Shown here in pieces: positions 1 to 8,649 of a stretch of DNA of 64,000 nucleotides. Origin of the DNA: a virus; the IMG/VR virus record IMGVR_UViG_3300025294_000154. One strand, 5' to 3'. Within the stretch, counting starts at the first letter, position 1. Every line of letters begins with the position of its first letter. The notes under the pieces are model-generated. The model ran no database searches and had not been told where the DNA came from. It worked only from the letters and a program-made list of their open reading frames with translations. The position numbers and the translations under genes are program-made.

Positions 1-636
1 GAGAATCAGGTCGGTGTCGTCACCGGCCTGGCCTGGACCGAGGTCGGCGGCGAACTGCTGACGATCGAGGGCGTCATGGTGCCCGGCAAGGGCCGCATGA
101 CCGTCACCGGCAACCTGCGCGACGTCATGAAGGAATCGATCTCGGCGGCGGCGTCCTATGTCCGCTCGCGGGCCGTCGATTTCGGCATCGAGCCGCCGCT
201 CTTCGATCGGCGTGACATTCACGTCCACGTTCCCGAGGGTGCGACCCCGAAGGACGGCCCGTCGGCCGGTATCGCGATGGCGACCACCATCGTCTCGATC
301 CTGACCGGCATCCCGACCAACCGCGACGTCGCCATGACCGGCGAGGTCACGCTGCGGGGCAGGGTGCTGCCGATCGGCGGTCTGAAGGAGAAGCTCCTGG
401 CGGCTCTGCGCGGCGGCATCAAGAAGGTGCTGATCCCCGAGGAGAACGCCAAGGACCTGATCGACCTGCCGAAGTCGGTGAAGGACGGCATGGAGATCAT
501 CCCGGTCGCGCGCATGGAGCAGGTGCTCCAGCACGCGCTGACCCGCCAGCCGGTTCCGATCGTCTGGGAAGAGGATCTCAAGGCTGCGCCGCCCAAGGGC
601 GCGGACGACGAGGCTGCGGGCCTTGTCGCCCACTGA
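1..636 (+). CDS. lon: Lon protease, C-terminal protease domain (5' end outside window)
   Basis: Frame open from base 1 ([17 protein letters not shown]); catalytic PKDGPSAG (Ser) and PIGGLKEK (Lys) motifs. Confidence 0.97.
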   Translation, partial: ENQVGVVTGLAWTEVGGELLTIEGVMVPGKGRMTVTGNLRDVMKESISAAASYVRSRAVDFGIEPPLFDRRDIHVHVPEGATPKDGPSAGIAMATTIVSILTGIPTNRDVAMTGEVTLRGRVLPIGGLKEKLLAALRGGIKKVLIPEENAKDLIDLPKSVKDGMEIIPVARMEQVLQHALTRQPVPIVWEEDLKAAPPKGADDEAAGLVAH

Positions 637-656
637 TCTCGGGTTCTGAAACAACG

Positions 657-689
657 AGCCGCCGGCGCGCCAGCGCCGGCGGCTTTTTT
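657..689 (+). terminator. Intrinsic terminator after lon
   Basis: 12-bp stem agccgccggcgc/gcgccggcggct, loop gcca, T-run. Confidence 0.85.
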
Positions 690-775
690 GTTTGTGCGCC
701 GTGGCCGGCCATTGCGGCCGAGCCTGCCGATGAACATTTTCGAGCCTGCTCCTCGCAGGCGGAGCGGATCAGGGG

Positions 776-991
776 ATCAAGAAGCTGCGACGCTTTCCGA
801 AGCAGAGGCCGAAGCCGGATCGCTGGGCGGCCTTCGACAGCCTCCCGGAGCCGGTGCGACGGGCGCTGGCCCAGGCCGCCCATCCGCTGGACCCGCTCAA
901 GCTGCTCGATGCCGGCAGCGTCGACGACGCGATGCGCCGCGTCGCCCGGCTCGATGCCGCGGCCAGACGGCGCGCAGATCGCTCCGGATGA
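776..991 (+). CDS. Possible small protein with no canonical start codon
   Basis: Protein-like frame (DRWAAFDSLPEPVRRALAQAAHPLDP) after GGAG at 761; no in-frame ATG/GTG/TTG back to the stop at 731. Confidence 0.3.
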   Translation: MKKLRRFPKQRPKPDRWAAFDSLPEPVRRALAQAAHPLDPLKLLDAGSVDDAMRRVARLDAAARRRADRSG

Positions 992-1015
992 CAGGTGTAG
1001 CCGATGTCCTGGTGA

Positions 1016-1091
1016 TGGTGGGCGGTGACGGGCTCGAACCGCCGACCCTCTCCGTGTAAAGGAGACGCTCTACCAACTGAGCTAACCGCCC
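1016..1091 (-). tRNA. tRNA-Val (TAC)
   Basis: Reverse complement GGGCGGTTAGCTCAGTTGGTAGAGCGTCTCCTTTACACGGAGAGGGTCGGCGGTTCGAGCCCGTCACCGCCCACCA: cloverleaf, TAC anticodon, CCA end. Confidence 0.97.
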
Positions 1092-1207
1092 TTCCGGTCG
1101 CGTTTAAGGCTTGGGCGATCGTATCGCAAGCGTCGTCGGGCCATGCGTTCCACAACCGCGTGCAAGCGGCCGAATTCCGCCATCTTCATCGTCACCCTGC
1201 CGGCCCC

Positions 1208-1675
1208 ATGAAGACGCGCCGCTTGATCCGCCCTCGTCCTGTCCTGAGCTATGCGGGCATCGTCGCTAGCGTGGGCCTCGCCCTCGTGACGGGGCAAGCG
1301 CTCGCGCAGTCGCTGCTGCCAGATTCCTTCTTCGCGGGCCGCCTGGCCTTCTCGCATCCGGAGCAGCCCGCCAAGCCGGCGAGCTGCGAATCCATCGCGG
1401 CGCAGCTTCCCGATTCGATTCCCGCCGATTCGCGCGTCGACATGGCGATCGCGGGAACGGTCAGCCTCGTGCGGACGGATGGCGCGCTCTGGTATGTCGC
1501 GGTCTGTGCCGATCCCGGCGTCCGGGTCCTGTGCGTCACCTATGGCGCCGGCGACCTGAAACCCGGCGACAAGGCCGTCCTGCGCGGCGGCTATAACCGG
1601 CAGGATAGCCGTCATATCCTGCTGGATCCTTGCCTCGCGTCACCGTGGAACGATGGCGATGGCGCCGAGCCATAG
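1208..1675 (+). CDS. Secreted hypothetical protein
   Basis: Signal-peptide-like N-terminus ending ALA; beta-rich body with four Cys. Confidence 0.7.
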   Translation: MKTRRLIRPRPVLSYAGIVASVGLALVTGQALAQSLLPDSFFAGRLAFSHPEQPAKPASCESIAAQLPDSIPADSRVDMAIAGTVSLVRTDGALWYVAVCADPGVRVLCVTYGAGDLKPGDKAVLRGGYNRQDSRHILLDPCLASPWNDGDGAEP

Positions 1676-1791
1676 GCGAGGGCGAGGATAATTTTCCCCA
1701 GATGTGATTTTGCCGGCGACACTCGCTTGACACTTCAGGCCGGGGGCAATACTCACCACGTCGCTGACGGCGAATGCCTCAGCCGCCCAGC

Positions 1792-1868
1792 GCGGGCGTA
1801 GCTCAGTTGGTTAGAGTGCCGGCCTGTCACGCCGGAGGTCGCGGGTTCGAGCCCCGTCGCCCGCGCCA
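1792..1868 (+). tRNA. tRNA-Asp (GTC); likely prophage integration site
   Basis: GCGGGCGTAGCTCAGTTGGTTAGAGTGCCGGCCTGTCACGCCGGAGGTCGCGGGTTCGAGCCCCGTCGCCCGCGCCA; GTC anticodon; integrase gene ends 87 bp downstream. Confidence 0.97.
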
Positions 1869-1954
1869 TTTTCTTCAAGAAAATCATCATCTTACAAATC
1901 CCTCCCTCAACGGGGGCCGGTTAATTCGGAATCGCCTAGCCGGCAATTTCGGAA

Positions 1955-3070
1955 TTACGAGCTGCTTTCGTTCGCGGACCTTGCCCGCCGGCCGCGTCGT
2001 CTAGCTTCAGGAACGGTGGACGCCGTCGCGATCTGAGCAGGCGTGTAAGTGCGCTGCAAAGCCTTCGATTGAGCCAGCGTGTTACCCATCACATCGGATA
2101 GCGCTTTGGGGTCGACCTCGCCGGCCGACGCTTCGAGCGCGCCCGACCGACGGATGTCGGTGAGGGTCCTTGTGTCTCCCGGGTAAACGAGATTCCTGAT
2201 GTCCCGAAAGTCCTCAGCGAGGCTGTTCTTCCGGTAGTCCGAATCCCGCCGCGTCCTGAACAACGGCCGCTCCAGGTCGACCACCTTCCGATCAGCGAGA
2301 TAGGCATCCATGACCTTCGCTGCGCGCCGTGTGATCGGTGCGTAGGCGAGGGCGCCTGTCTTGCCGCGAGTGATGGCGAATGCCTGCAGGTTGCCGTGCC
2401 TGATCCGCTGGCCGGGCTTGATGGTCCGCGCGTCGACCGGCGACATCATGCCATCCCACATCACCGCGAGGATCGCGGCGAGGCCCTTGTAGCCCTCGCG
2501 CCATGCCCGCTTACCGATCCGAACGATCTCCGCGAGCTGCCATTCCTGGGACCGCGGCGCCGGCTCGGTGTTGCGGACGCCGAACGACGGATCGTTCTCA
2601 GCGTCGCAATATTTCATCGCAGCCATGACCTGCCAGAGCGCACGCCAGATCTTGATGCAGCGATGCGCCTCGCGAAGAGACACCGTCTCCTCGACAAGCT
2701 GGCGCCACTCGCTCACGTCGATGAGCGTGATGGTCTTCGGCCTCTGGTCTGCGAACACCGGCTCGATCCGGGCCCAGACTCGATCCCATTCCTCGCGGGT
2801 GCGCGGCTGCTTCTTCGGCCATTCGGGCGTGCGGCGGTAGAGCTCCCACGCTTCGCCGATCGAGCCCTTCGGGTACTTCGGCTTGTTGTCCTGCTCGTCT
2901 CCGGCGCCGCCGCGGCGAGCTTTCCACATGGCGTTGTAGAGCTTGGCTGCGACCATCCGTGCTTGATCGCCGGCGGGTCCCAACGGGCGCGCAGCGAAGC
3001 CCGGGGGCACCTTCCCTCGCGGCTCCCAATAGGCGCGTCCCTTGCGCTCGTAGTAGTAGGGCACCTTCAT
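1955..3070 (-). CDS. int: Tyrosine recombinase / phage integrase (atypical active-site motifs)
   Basis: RGKTG (Lys), TDIRRSG (box II Arg), MGN, C-terminal RTY (Tyr); position beside tRNA; start taken as MKVPYYY. Confidence 0.85.
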   Translation of the reverse strand: MKVPYYYERKGRAYWEPRGKVPPGFAARPLGPAGDQARMVAAKLYNAMWKARRGGAGDEQDNKPKYPKGSIGEAWELYRRTPEWPKKQPRTREEWDRVWARIEPVFADQRPKTITLIDVSEWRQLVEETVSLREAHRCIKIWRALWQVMAAMKYCDAENDPSFGVRNTEPAPRSQEWQLAEIVRIGKRAWREGYKGLAAILAVMWDGMMSPVDARTIKPGQRIRHGNLQAFAITRGKTGALAYAPITRRAAKVMDAYLADRKVVDLERPLFRTRRDSDYRKNSLAEDFRDIRNLVYPGDTRTLTDIRRSGALEASAGEVDPKALSDVMGNTLAQSKALQRTYTPAQIATASTVPEARRRGRRARSANESSS

Positions 3071-3074
3071 CGCG

Positions 3075-3383
3075 TCACCGCCTCGCCTGGGCATTGGCAC
3101 GCATCCTCTTCAATCGGTCCGCAATGACCGAGCCGGCGCCTTGTGCGCCAGGCTGGTCGCTATTCAGGCCGAATAGGGATGGGTTCCGCAAGCGGCGCCA
3201 CTGAACAACGGCATCGAGGTCGATCATCCCGGTGGTGTCGTCGGGCTGGGGAAAACCACGCGCGATCAGAGCCGCCAGCTTGGCGCGCATGTCAGCTTCG
3301 CTGATGTTCATCAGCCGGCCGGCCTCGGCGAGTGTGCCGTCGCCCAGGATTTCGCTGACGAGCATTAGACGTGCGCGGGCCAT
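3075..3383 (-). CDS. Excisionase-like small DNA-binding protein
   Basis: Directly upstream of int; HTH-like segment then RGFPQPDDTTGMIDLDAVVQW. Confidence 0.6.
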   Translation of the reverse strand: MARARLMLVSEILGDGTLAEAGRLMNISEADMRAKLAALIARGFPQPDDTTGMIDLDAVVQWRRLRNPSLFGLNSDQPGAQGAGSVIADRLKRMRANAQARR

Positions 3384-3385
3384 GG

Positions 3386-3727
3386 TTAGCCCCCCGAGAA
3401 CATATCGATGGTGGCCGGGCAGCGCGGCGTGAGTGCCGTGCCAATCTCGACGAAGGATGAGCACATGGGCTGTCCGTCGCTGCGATAGACCCACTCCTTC
3501 GGATAGGCGGGATCATCGATCGACATGGCCATAGCGTTGGCGATGATCGGGCAACCGTCAAACCGCTCATGGTCCTCGCGAAACCCGCGATCGGCCTCGC
3601 ATTGAGCGCACCACGTCTCCTGGAATATTTCGCCTTCAGTCCCGTTTGAAGGGCGATATGCCTTGCCGGCGCTCGGCTTAAAGAAGCGAGTTGCGTCGTC
3701 GGCTGTGTAGATGCAGCGTTTGCTCAC
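3386..3727 (-). CDS. Phage hypothetical protein
   Basis: Coupled in left operon; WCAQC and GCPI Cys motifs. Confidence 0.65.
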   Translation of the reverse strand: MSKRCIYTADDATRFFKPSAGKAYRPSNGTEGEIFQETWCAQCEADRGFREDHERFDGCPIIANAMAMSIDDPAYPKEWVYRSDGQPMCSSFVEIGTALTPRCPATIDMFSGG

Positions 3728-4146
3728 GGCTTGCTCCTCTTGCGATTGGGGAATGGACGGGAAGGCCAGGCCCTCTTGGACTTGCGGGGTTCTGCGGGCT
3801 TGGCCTGGCCGCCCTTCGCTAGAACGCGCTCGCGGAACGCGGCCTCCTTCGCGATGAGATGCCGAAGCTTTTTCATTTTGCCGACGTCGGAGCCCGCAGT
3901 TGTCGCGCCGGCGCCGCGGGTCTTCACCGCGTGGGCATCGGGCAGCATCGGCCGCAGGAATCGCGGGTCATTCGGATGCGGCGTCATCTCGCCGGTCTCA
4001 GCGTCGATAGCGCGCAGACCGAGGGCGGGCTCGTGGTCCCACTGGAGGAGCGGAATCTGCTCGTCGGTGAAGCCCAAAAGCAGCAGAGCTGCGTGAAGCT
4101 TGGCGCCGAGCGGGATCGACTTGCGGTGATCACGCGCAAGGGTCAT
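3724..4146 (-). CDS. Degenerate HNH-like protein
   Basis: QWDHEPAL...PNDPRFL...DAHAVKT pattern; 4-bp overlap with next gene. Confidence 0.5.
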   Translation of the reverse strand: MTLARDHRKSIPLGAKLHAALLLLGFTDEQIPLLQWDHEPALGLRAIDAETGEMTPHPNDPRFLRPMLPDAHAVKTRGAGATTAGSDVGKMKKLRHLIAKEAAFRERVLAKGGQAKPAEPRKSKRAWPSRPFPNRKRSKP

Positions 4147-4595
4147 CAGCCGAGCCCTCCGGACGGAGCGATGTCAGCTTCGACTTCACGCTCTAGCTCG
4201 GATTCATCCATGCCCGGGCAGACCGCCGTCAGGATGTATTCCTTGGTCTGCTCGATGAAGAGCTTCATCTCTTCCATGTTGAGGTCAGCGGTGGAGCGGA
4301 CAGACGCATAGACGACGCCGTTGAGCTCGACGCGGGCGCCTTCGATCCAGCCGTTGGCGAGCTTCACCTCGGCCTTGATTTTCTCTTCCGGCCAATAGGT
4401 CGCAGCGCTCTCCGCACCCTTCTTGAGCAGAGCGTGCAGATATCGGTTCTGGCGGTCTGAGCGCGGGCGGTACTTGGTCAGCGTGAAGAGCGCGCCTTCC
4501 TCCGCCTTGGCCAACTCCTGACGGTCGCCCCAGGCCGCGGGCACGAGTTGCCCGGCTTCCATCCTGGCGACGATCTGGCCGCGGCCCGCCATCAC
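4146..4595 (-). CDS. NinB/DUF1367-like recombination accessory protein
   Basis: RSDRQNRYLHALL and STADLNMEEMKLFIE motifs; next to exonuclease. Confidence 0.55.
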   Translation of the reverse strand: MMAGRGQIVARMEAGQLVPAAWGDRQELAKAEEGALFTLTKYRPRSDRQNRYLHALLKKGAESAATYWPEEKIKAEVKLANGWIEGARVELNGVVYASVRSTADLNMEEMKLFIEQTKEYILTAVCPGMDESELEREVEADIAPSGGLG

Positions 4596-5212
4596 GCAGC
4601 CCTCTTGTCGTACGCGCGGATCTTGTCGACGACCATGTCGACCTCGGCGTTGAAGATGGAGACGGCCCGGCTGAGGTCGGCGATGTAGTCTTCATCGCGA
4701 TAGGCGCGCTTCACGAAGAGTGGCATGCCCGGCCAGAATACGGCGATGTCGCACCACTCGCGCTCGCTGATCCAAAGCTGTCCCTGGACTTGAGCCTTGT
4801 GCTCAAGCGGGAACTCGTCACGCAGGATGCACTCGATCAGGAGTTTGGGGAGCTTCGTCTTGATCTCGACAAGACCAGTCTCGCCGACAAGGCTGTCGGG
4901 CGATGCCCCAGCACGGCCATTCCGGATGAAGCCAACAGGCGTGCATCGGGCGTCGCGCTCGAAGGCGTACATGGCCCGAGCCTGAGCCTCCATCGCCTTG
5001 CCCCGCTCCATGTGAGCGTTGCTGAAGCTCTCGGTCGGCTCGCCCGTGATGAGCTCGCCCGCAAGCGTCCAGATGTAGGATTGGCGCGTCTTGCTCTCGC
5101 CACCGCTGCGCCCTTTGGCGAGAATGGTGGCGAACTCACTCGCCGTTGGGATGCCGGCCCTGGCGCGGAGCCAAGCATCGCTGCCCTGATCGATGTCGAA
5201 GACCTCAAGCAT
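4592..5212 (-). CDS. YqaJ/lambda-type exonuclease
   Basis: QGSDAWLRARAGIPTASEF, ASPDSLV, LVEIK, QVQGQLW motifs. Confidence 0.9.
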   Translation of the reverse strand: MLEVFDIDQGSDAWLRARAGIPTASEFATILAKGRSGGESKTRQSYIWTLAGELITGEPTESFSNAHMERGKAMEAQARAMYAFERDARCTPVGFIRNGRAGASPDSLVGETGLVEIKTKLPKLLIECILRDEFPLEHKAQVQGQLWISEREWCDIAVFWPGMPLFVKRAYRDEDYIADLSRAVSIFNAEVDMVVDKIRAYDKRAA

Positions 5213-6011
5213 CGGAGGTCTCCTTGCTCCTGCGCTCTGCGAGGAGACGCTTCTTCTTCTCCAGCTTGGCCAGGACCTCATCGAACTTTGTCGTCGGGAT
5301 ATCGCTCAGCGACTCGAAGCCGATCGCCATGAGGAATTCCCCGATCCGGGTTTCGGTCTCTCGGATCAGCGTCTGAAGCGTGTCGAGTTGCTCATCCGAG
5401 ATGAAGTCTTCGGCGCTGCCTGACGCCTTGCCGTCATCATCTCGCGCAGCGGCGAGGCCCAGAGCCGCTTTCAGCGTGTATCGCTGCAGATAGGTGATCG
5501 TGCTCCCCATCTGCTGGATGGCGTTCTTCTTGCCGCTGTCGTCTCGCCCGGCTTTCAGCGTGTTCCGCTCGCTGTGCCCATCGCGATGAGCAACGATGCA
5601 GGTAACCTCGATCGGCTGGTTGATCTCCGACGTGGTCTGGAAGCGGTAGGAGAGCCCGTGTTTCGAAAGAATCGGGTCGACGGTCCGCGCGATCTCGCCC
5701 AGGTCCTCGTGGGAGTAGCTAGTGCTGCTCTTCCCATCCCGGTTTTCGTATCCGACCATTCGGTTCTTCACGATCACAGGGATCTCGGCCTTCGCCGCAG
5801 ACATCGCGGCGTCGAACGCCTTGCGAGCCTGGTTGGCCTCCCACCGCTCCTGCATCGCCATTAAGCGCTCCAAAGATTCAGGACTAGCGCCCTGGCTGAT
5901 TGCGCCCGCCAGCAACTGCATCGGGTTGGAGGTGGCGGTATCCGGCGCCGCAGCAATCTCCCTCGATGGTTCGATCTCGCCGTGATGGACGGTGATTGCG
6001 GAATCGGTCAT
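5205..6011 (-). CDS. ERF-family ssDNA annealing protein
   Basis: HGLSY...QQMGSTITYLQRYTLKAALGLAA..DDDG ERF signature. Confidence 0.88.
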   Translation of the reverse strand: MTDSAITVHHGEIEPSREIAAAPDTATSNPMQLLAGAISQGASPESLERLMAMQERWEANQARKAFDAAMSAAKAEIPVIVKNRMVGYENRDGKSSTSYSHEDLGEIARTVDPILSKHGLSYRFQTTSEINQPIEVTCIVAHRDGHSERNTLKAGRDDSGKKNAIQQMGSTITYLQRYTLKAALGLAAARDDDGKASGSAEDFISDEQLDTLQTLIRETETRIGEFLMAIGFESLSDIPTTKFDEVLAKLEKKKRLLAERRSKETSDA

Positions 6012-6018
6012 GGCAGCC

Positions 6019-7071
6019 TCAAAAGCTCAAGGTGACGGATGGGACGGAGCCCGCGACGATGGCTTTGACGACGCGGCGGGCAGCTTCCTCGTCGACTTCG
6101 GCGTGCTCCATCAGGGCCTCCTTGGCGGCGCCCATGACCCGACCGGCATGCTCTCGGTCCTTCTGCCGGCGCTCCAGCTCGGCAGCCTCGGCCGCCAGCC
6201 GTCGAGTTTCCGCTTCACGCTCTTCGCGCTGTCGCCGCTGCTCGGCCTCAAGCGCCTGCTGTGCCGCTTCGGTCTTGCGACGCTCTTCAGCGAGCGCAGC
6301 CTCGGCGGCAGCCTTCGTGCGGGCCTCAGCCTCCTCCGCAGCGCGACGCTCTGCTGTGGCGATGCGCTCCCGCTCAGCCTCGTCTGCCAGCCTCTTGGCC
6401 TCGGCCTCGCGCGCGGACCTGTCGCGCTCTTCCTGCGCGGCTCGAAGGCGCTCGAGTTCTTGGCGATCAGCTTCCGCCTTGACGATCTCGCCTCGCGCGT
6501 ACCGAAGGCGCTCCAAGACGTCGGCGCGGCTCGCAAGAGCGCGGTCCTTGGAATCTCCGAAGTCGTCGTTGATGACCTTCGCCTCGACTTGGGCGATCAG
6601 CCCGTCGACATGCTCCACCGTCGATCCTGTGGGAATGCGCCAGACCGTATCGAAGAAGGCGAGAGTATCGGCGACGCGGGACTGCTTGGCATCGTCGGCC
6701 GCTTTCCATGCCGTGAACGGCGCCTTCGCCTTATCGCGCAGCGCGTCCATCTGCGCCTCGACCGTGCTCTTGAGCGACGTGACGGCCTTCGTCTTCTTCC
6801 GCCAGTCCTCGGTGAGCTCGTCGCCCTTCTTCAAGATCGCGGTCTTCCGCGTCGAGATGGAGTAGGCGAGGGAGTTGATCGCATCCCGTCCCGACTTCGT
6901 GCTCACATCCGGCACATGAGCGGCGATCTCGGCCTCGATCTCCCTCAGGAGAGCCGGCAGTGTCTCATCATCGCGATAGATGATAGCCGGATCGTCTCGT
7001 ACCATCTCACCAACGGCTGCGGAGTTGTGGCCGATCCCGGCTGGCTTTTCGATCGTGGCAGCGTCGCTCAT
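6019..7071 (-). CDS. Phage coiled-coil protein
   Basis: E/A/R-rich helical C-half; PDVSTKSGRDAINSLAY-type N-terminus seen in lambdoid left operons. Confidence 0.7.
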   Translation of the reverse strand: MSDAATIEKPAGIGHNSAAVGEMVRDDPAIIYRDDETLPALLREIEAEIAAHVPDVSTKSGRDAINSLAYSISTRKTAILKKGDELTEDWRKKTKAVTSLKSTVEAQMDALRDKAKAPFTAWKAADDAKQSRVADTLAFFDTVWRIPTGSTVEHVDGLIAQVEAKVINDDFGDSKDRALASRADVLERLRYARGEIVKAEADRQELERLRAAQEERDRSAREAEAKRLADEAERERIATAERRAAEEAEARTKAAAEAALAEERRKTEAAQQALEAEQRRQREEREAETRRLAAEAAELERRQKDREHAGRVMGAAKEALMEHAEVDEEAARRVVKAIVAGSVPSVTLSF

Positions 7072-7092
7072 GGCGGCTCTTTCTTTAGACGG

Positions 7093-7356
7093 TCAGATTT
7101 CGAGAGGAGCGGCAGTCGGCGGCGGCTCGGCCGCGGCAACGTCCTGTACGGGCCAGGAGAGGTAGACTCTCTGCGCAGTGGGCTCTGTGGAGCGGTAAGC
7201 TTCCTCCGGTATGAAAACGACGAAGGTCTTTCCTTGATGCGCGACAGCCAATTCCTGAGCTGCCTTGCCAGCCTGGATGAAATCGTCGAACGTCCGAGCG
7301 ATTGGAGCTGGAGCTCCCGCCTCGATCACCACGTAAAAGCGCTGGTGCTCCGCCAT
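7093..7356 (-). CDS. Phage hypothetical protein
   Basis: 87-aa ORF in left operon. Confidence 0.55.
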   Translation of the reverse strand: MAEHQRFYVVIEAGAPAPIARTFDDFIQAGKAAQELAVAHQGKTFVVFIPEEAYRSTEPTAQRVYLSWPVQDVAAAEPPPTAAPLEI

Positions 7357-7502
7357 CAGAACGGGTCCTCGAAGTCGGTGTCAGCGTTCTCCACCAGCCA
7401 GTCGACGAAGCACACGATGCCGTAGAAGAGCGCGATCGCTCCTGCGACGACGAGCGCCGCCCAGCCGATATCGAAGCTCTGGAATGGTGGGCTAAGCCGC
7501 AT
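7356..7502 (-). CDS. Small membrane protein (48 aa)
   Basis: MRLSPPFQSFDIGWAALVVAGAIALFYGIVCFVDW; one hydrophobic helix; coupled to next gene. Confidence 0.5.
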   Translation of the reverse strand: MRLSPPFQSFDIGWAALVVAGAIALFYGIVCFVDWLVENADTDFEDPF

Positions 7503-7776
7503 GGCTCTCTCCCCTGGGTTTGCCGGAGACGCGGGCCAACCTGGCCTGGGTTGGGGGGAGGGGAACGGCTGGCGCCGCATCTCCGGCAACTCGGATGACA
7601 GCCGCAGTGGGCGCGTACTCGCACCGCTGATAGGCCGGCAGGCTGTCGATGAATGTTTGGCAGGCGGCCTTGGTCAGCCAGTGCGGCATGACCTTGATGA
7701 GGCCGCGGTCGACGGAGGCTGCGATGCGGTCAGCAGCCTCAGAATATCCCGCTGGGACAAAGACGATCCGCGTCAT
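7492..7776 (-). CDS. Phage hypothetical protein
   Basis: 94-aa ORF overlapping neighbours in left operon. Confidence 0.5.
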   Translation of the reverse strand: MTRIVFVPAGYSEAADRIAASVDRGLIKVMPHWLTKAACQTFIDSLPAYQRCEYAPTAAVIRVAGDAAPAVPLPPTQARLARVSGKPRGESHAA

Positions 7777-7913
7777 TGGATCACCTCCCAGCAGGAGGAA
7801 ATGCCGACGATGAACATCAGGCCGAAGATCGTCGCGATCGCGAACAGATCTCCGACGCTATCAAAGCGCCAGACTGGCCGCGGCTCAGAGCGTGGGATGT
7901 AGAGCTTTCTCAT
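7773..7913 (-). CDS. Small membrane protein (46 aa)
   Basis: Translated by hand: MRKLYIPRSEPRPVWRFDSVGDLFAIATIFGLMFIVGISSCWEVIQ; ATGA overlap with next gene. Confidence 0.5.
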   Translation of the reverse strand: MRKLYIPRSEPRPVWRFDSVGDLFAIATIFGLMFIVGISSCWEVIQ

Positions 7914-7916
7914 GGC

Positions 7917-8180
7917 TCAAGCTGCCCGAGCATGACGAAGGCGTCGGCTGCGGTCCGCCATCTCCAAGCAGCGGGCATGTGCGGCGAGGCGCCGGCTTCG
8001 GTCGATCTCGCCAACCGATGGCATCCCATGTGCGCAGCGATCTTCGCTGTCGCGCCCCGCTGGCTCCGGAACCTCGATCCCATCGCATAGACGTGGATCG
8101 AATCCTTCTAAAGCGCCGGCCACGAACGCACGCGCCGCACGCTCTAGCTGCCTTGCTGAAAATGGTGGCGGCCTTCCCAT
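7917..8180 (-). CDS. First ORF of left early operon (hypothetical)
   Basis: ATG at 8180 preceded by GGGGA, just downstream of predicted PL. Confidence 0.35.
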   Translation of the reverse strand: MGRPPPFSARQLERAARAFVAGALEGFDPRLCDGIEVPEPAGRDSEDRCAHGMPSVGEIDRSRRLAAHARCLEMADRSRRLRHARAA

Positions 8181-8210
8181 GTCGTTCCCCATCGGATGGT
8201 TGATGGGGGT

Positions 8211-8262
8211 AGTATGCAGAGCTAAAAATAGCTCGTCAAGGGTAAAGAGCTAAAAATATCTC
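8211..8262 (-). promoter_or_regulatory. PL promoter with OL operators
   Basis: Minus strand TTGACG(8239-8234)-17 bp-CATACT(8216-8211); palindrome GAGCTAAAAATAGCTC 8219-8234 and variant GAGCTAAAAATATCTC 8247-8262. Confidence 0.8.
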
Positions 8263-8343
8263 GCCCTGCCATTCTACTGACTCCCAGAGTCAGCAGCCGC
8301 CAAGTCGCATATCGACTCTCTGCTGACGGCATGGCTCAAATGA

Positions 8344-8358
8344 GAACGCAAGCAGAAC
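8344..8358. promoter_or_regulatory. Alphaproteobacterial LexA (SOS) box
   Basis: GAAC-GCAAGCA-GAAC = GAAC-N7-GAAC exact match. Confidence 0.7.
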
Positions 8359-8409
8359 AAAGAGGCTGCTGCGACAGGGCATCATCAACAGAGTTCGGAG
8401 TATCAGGTC

Positions 8410-8649
8410 ATGCCGGAAGACGCCGGAATTCGTGCGAGCTTCAAGCTCCACTACCGCTGCACAAACTGCCAACGGAACGTGTTCAAGCGCCTCGATGTCC
8501 CTGATGTCGACGATGCGCCATACGACGTGGAGGAGCTGCTCGACAGCGCCTTCCTGCAGAACGTCCGCGCGCAATGCGACGGCTGCGAAAGCTTCATAGG
8601 CCGGCTGATCGCCGTCACTGTCTGGAAGTGCGAGGAGGTTTTGGCATGA
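8410..8649 (+). CDS. Small Zn-ribbon-like protein
   Basis: CTNC ... CDGC; 79 aa; ATGA-coupled to next gene. Confidence 0.7.
   Translation: MPEDAGIRASFKLHYRCTNCQRNVFKRLDVPDVDDAPYDVEELLDSAFLQNVRAQCDGCESFIGRLIAVTVWKCEEVLA

Noticed and set aside
688-1059. 123-aa ORF from the track
   Set aside because: Spans the lon terminator and tRNA-Val; low-complexity R/G/P translation
1727-1755. Promoter for tRNA-Asp (TTGACA...AATACT)
   Set aside because: Spacer counts as 15 bp; not reported as a feature
5992-7425. 477-aa and 289-aa plus-strand ORFs
   Set aside because: Shadows of the coupled minus-strand left operon
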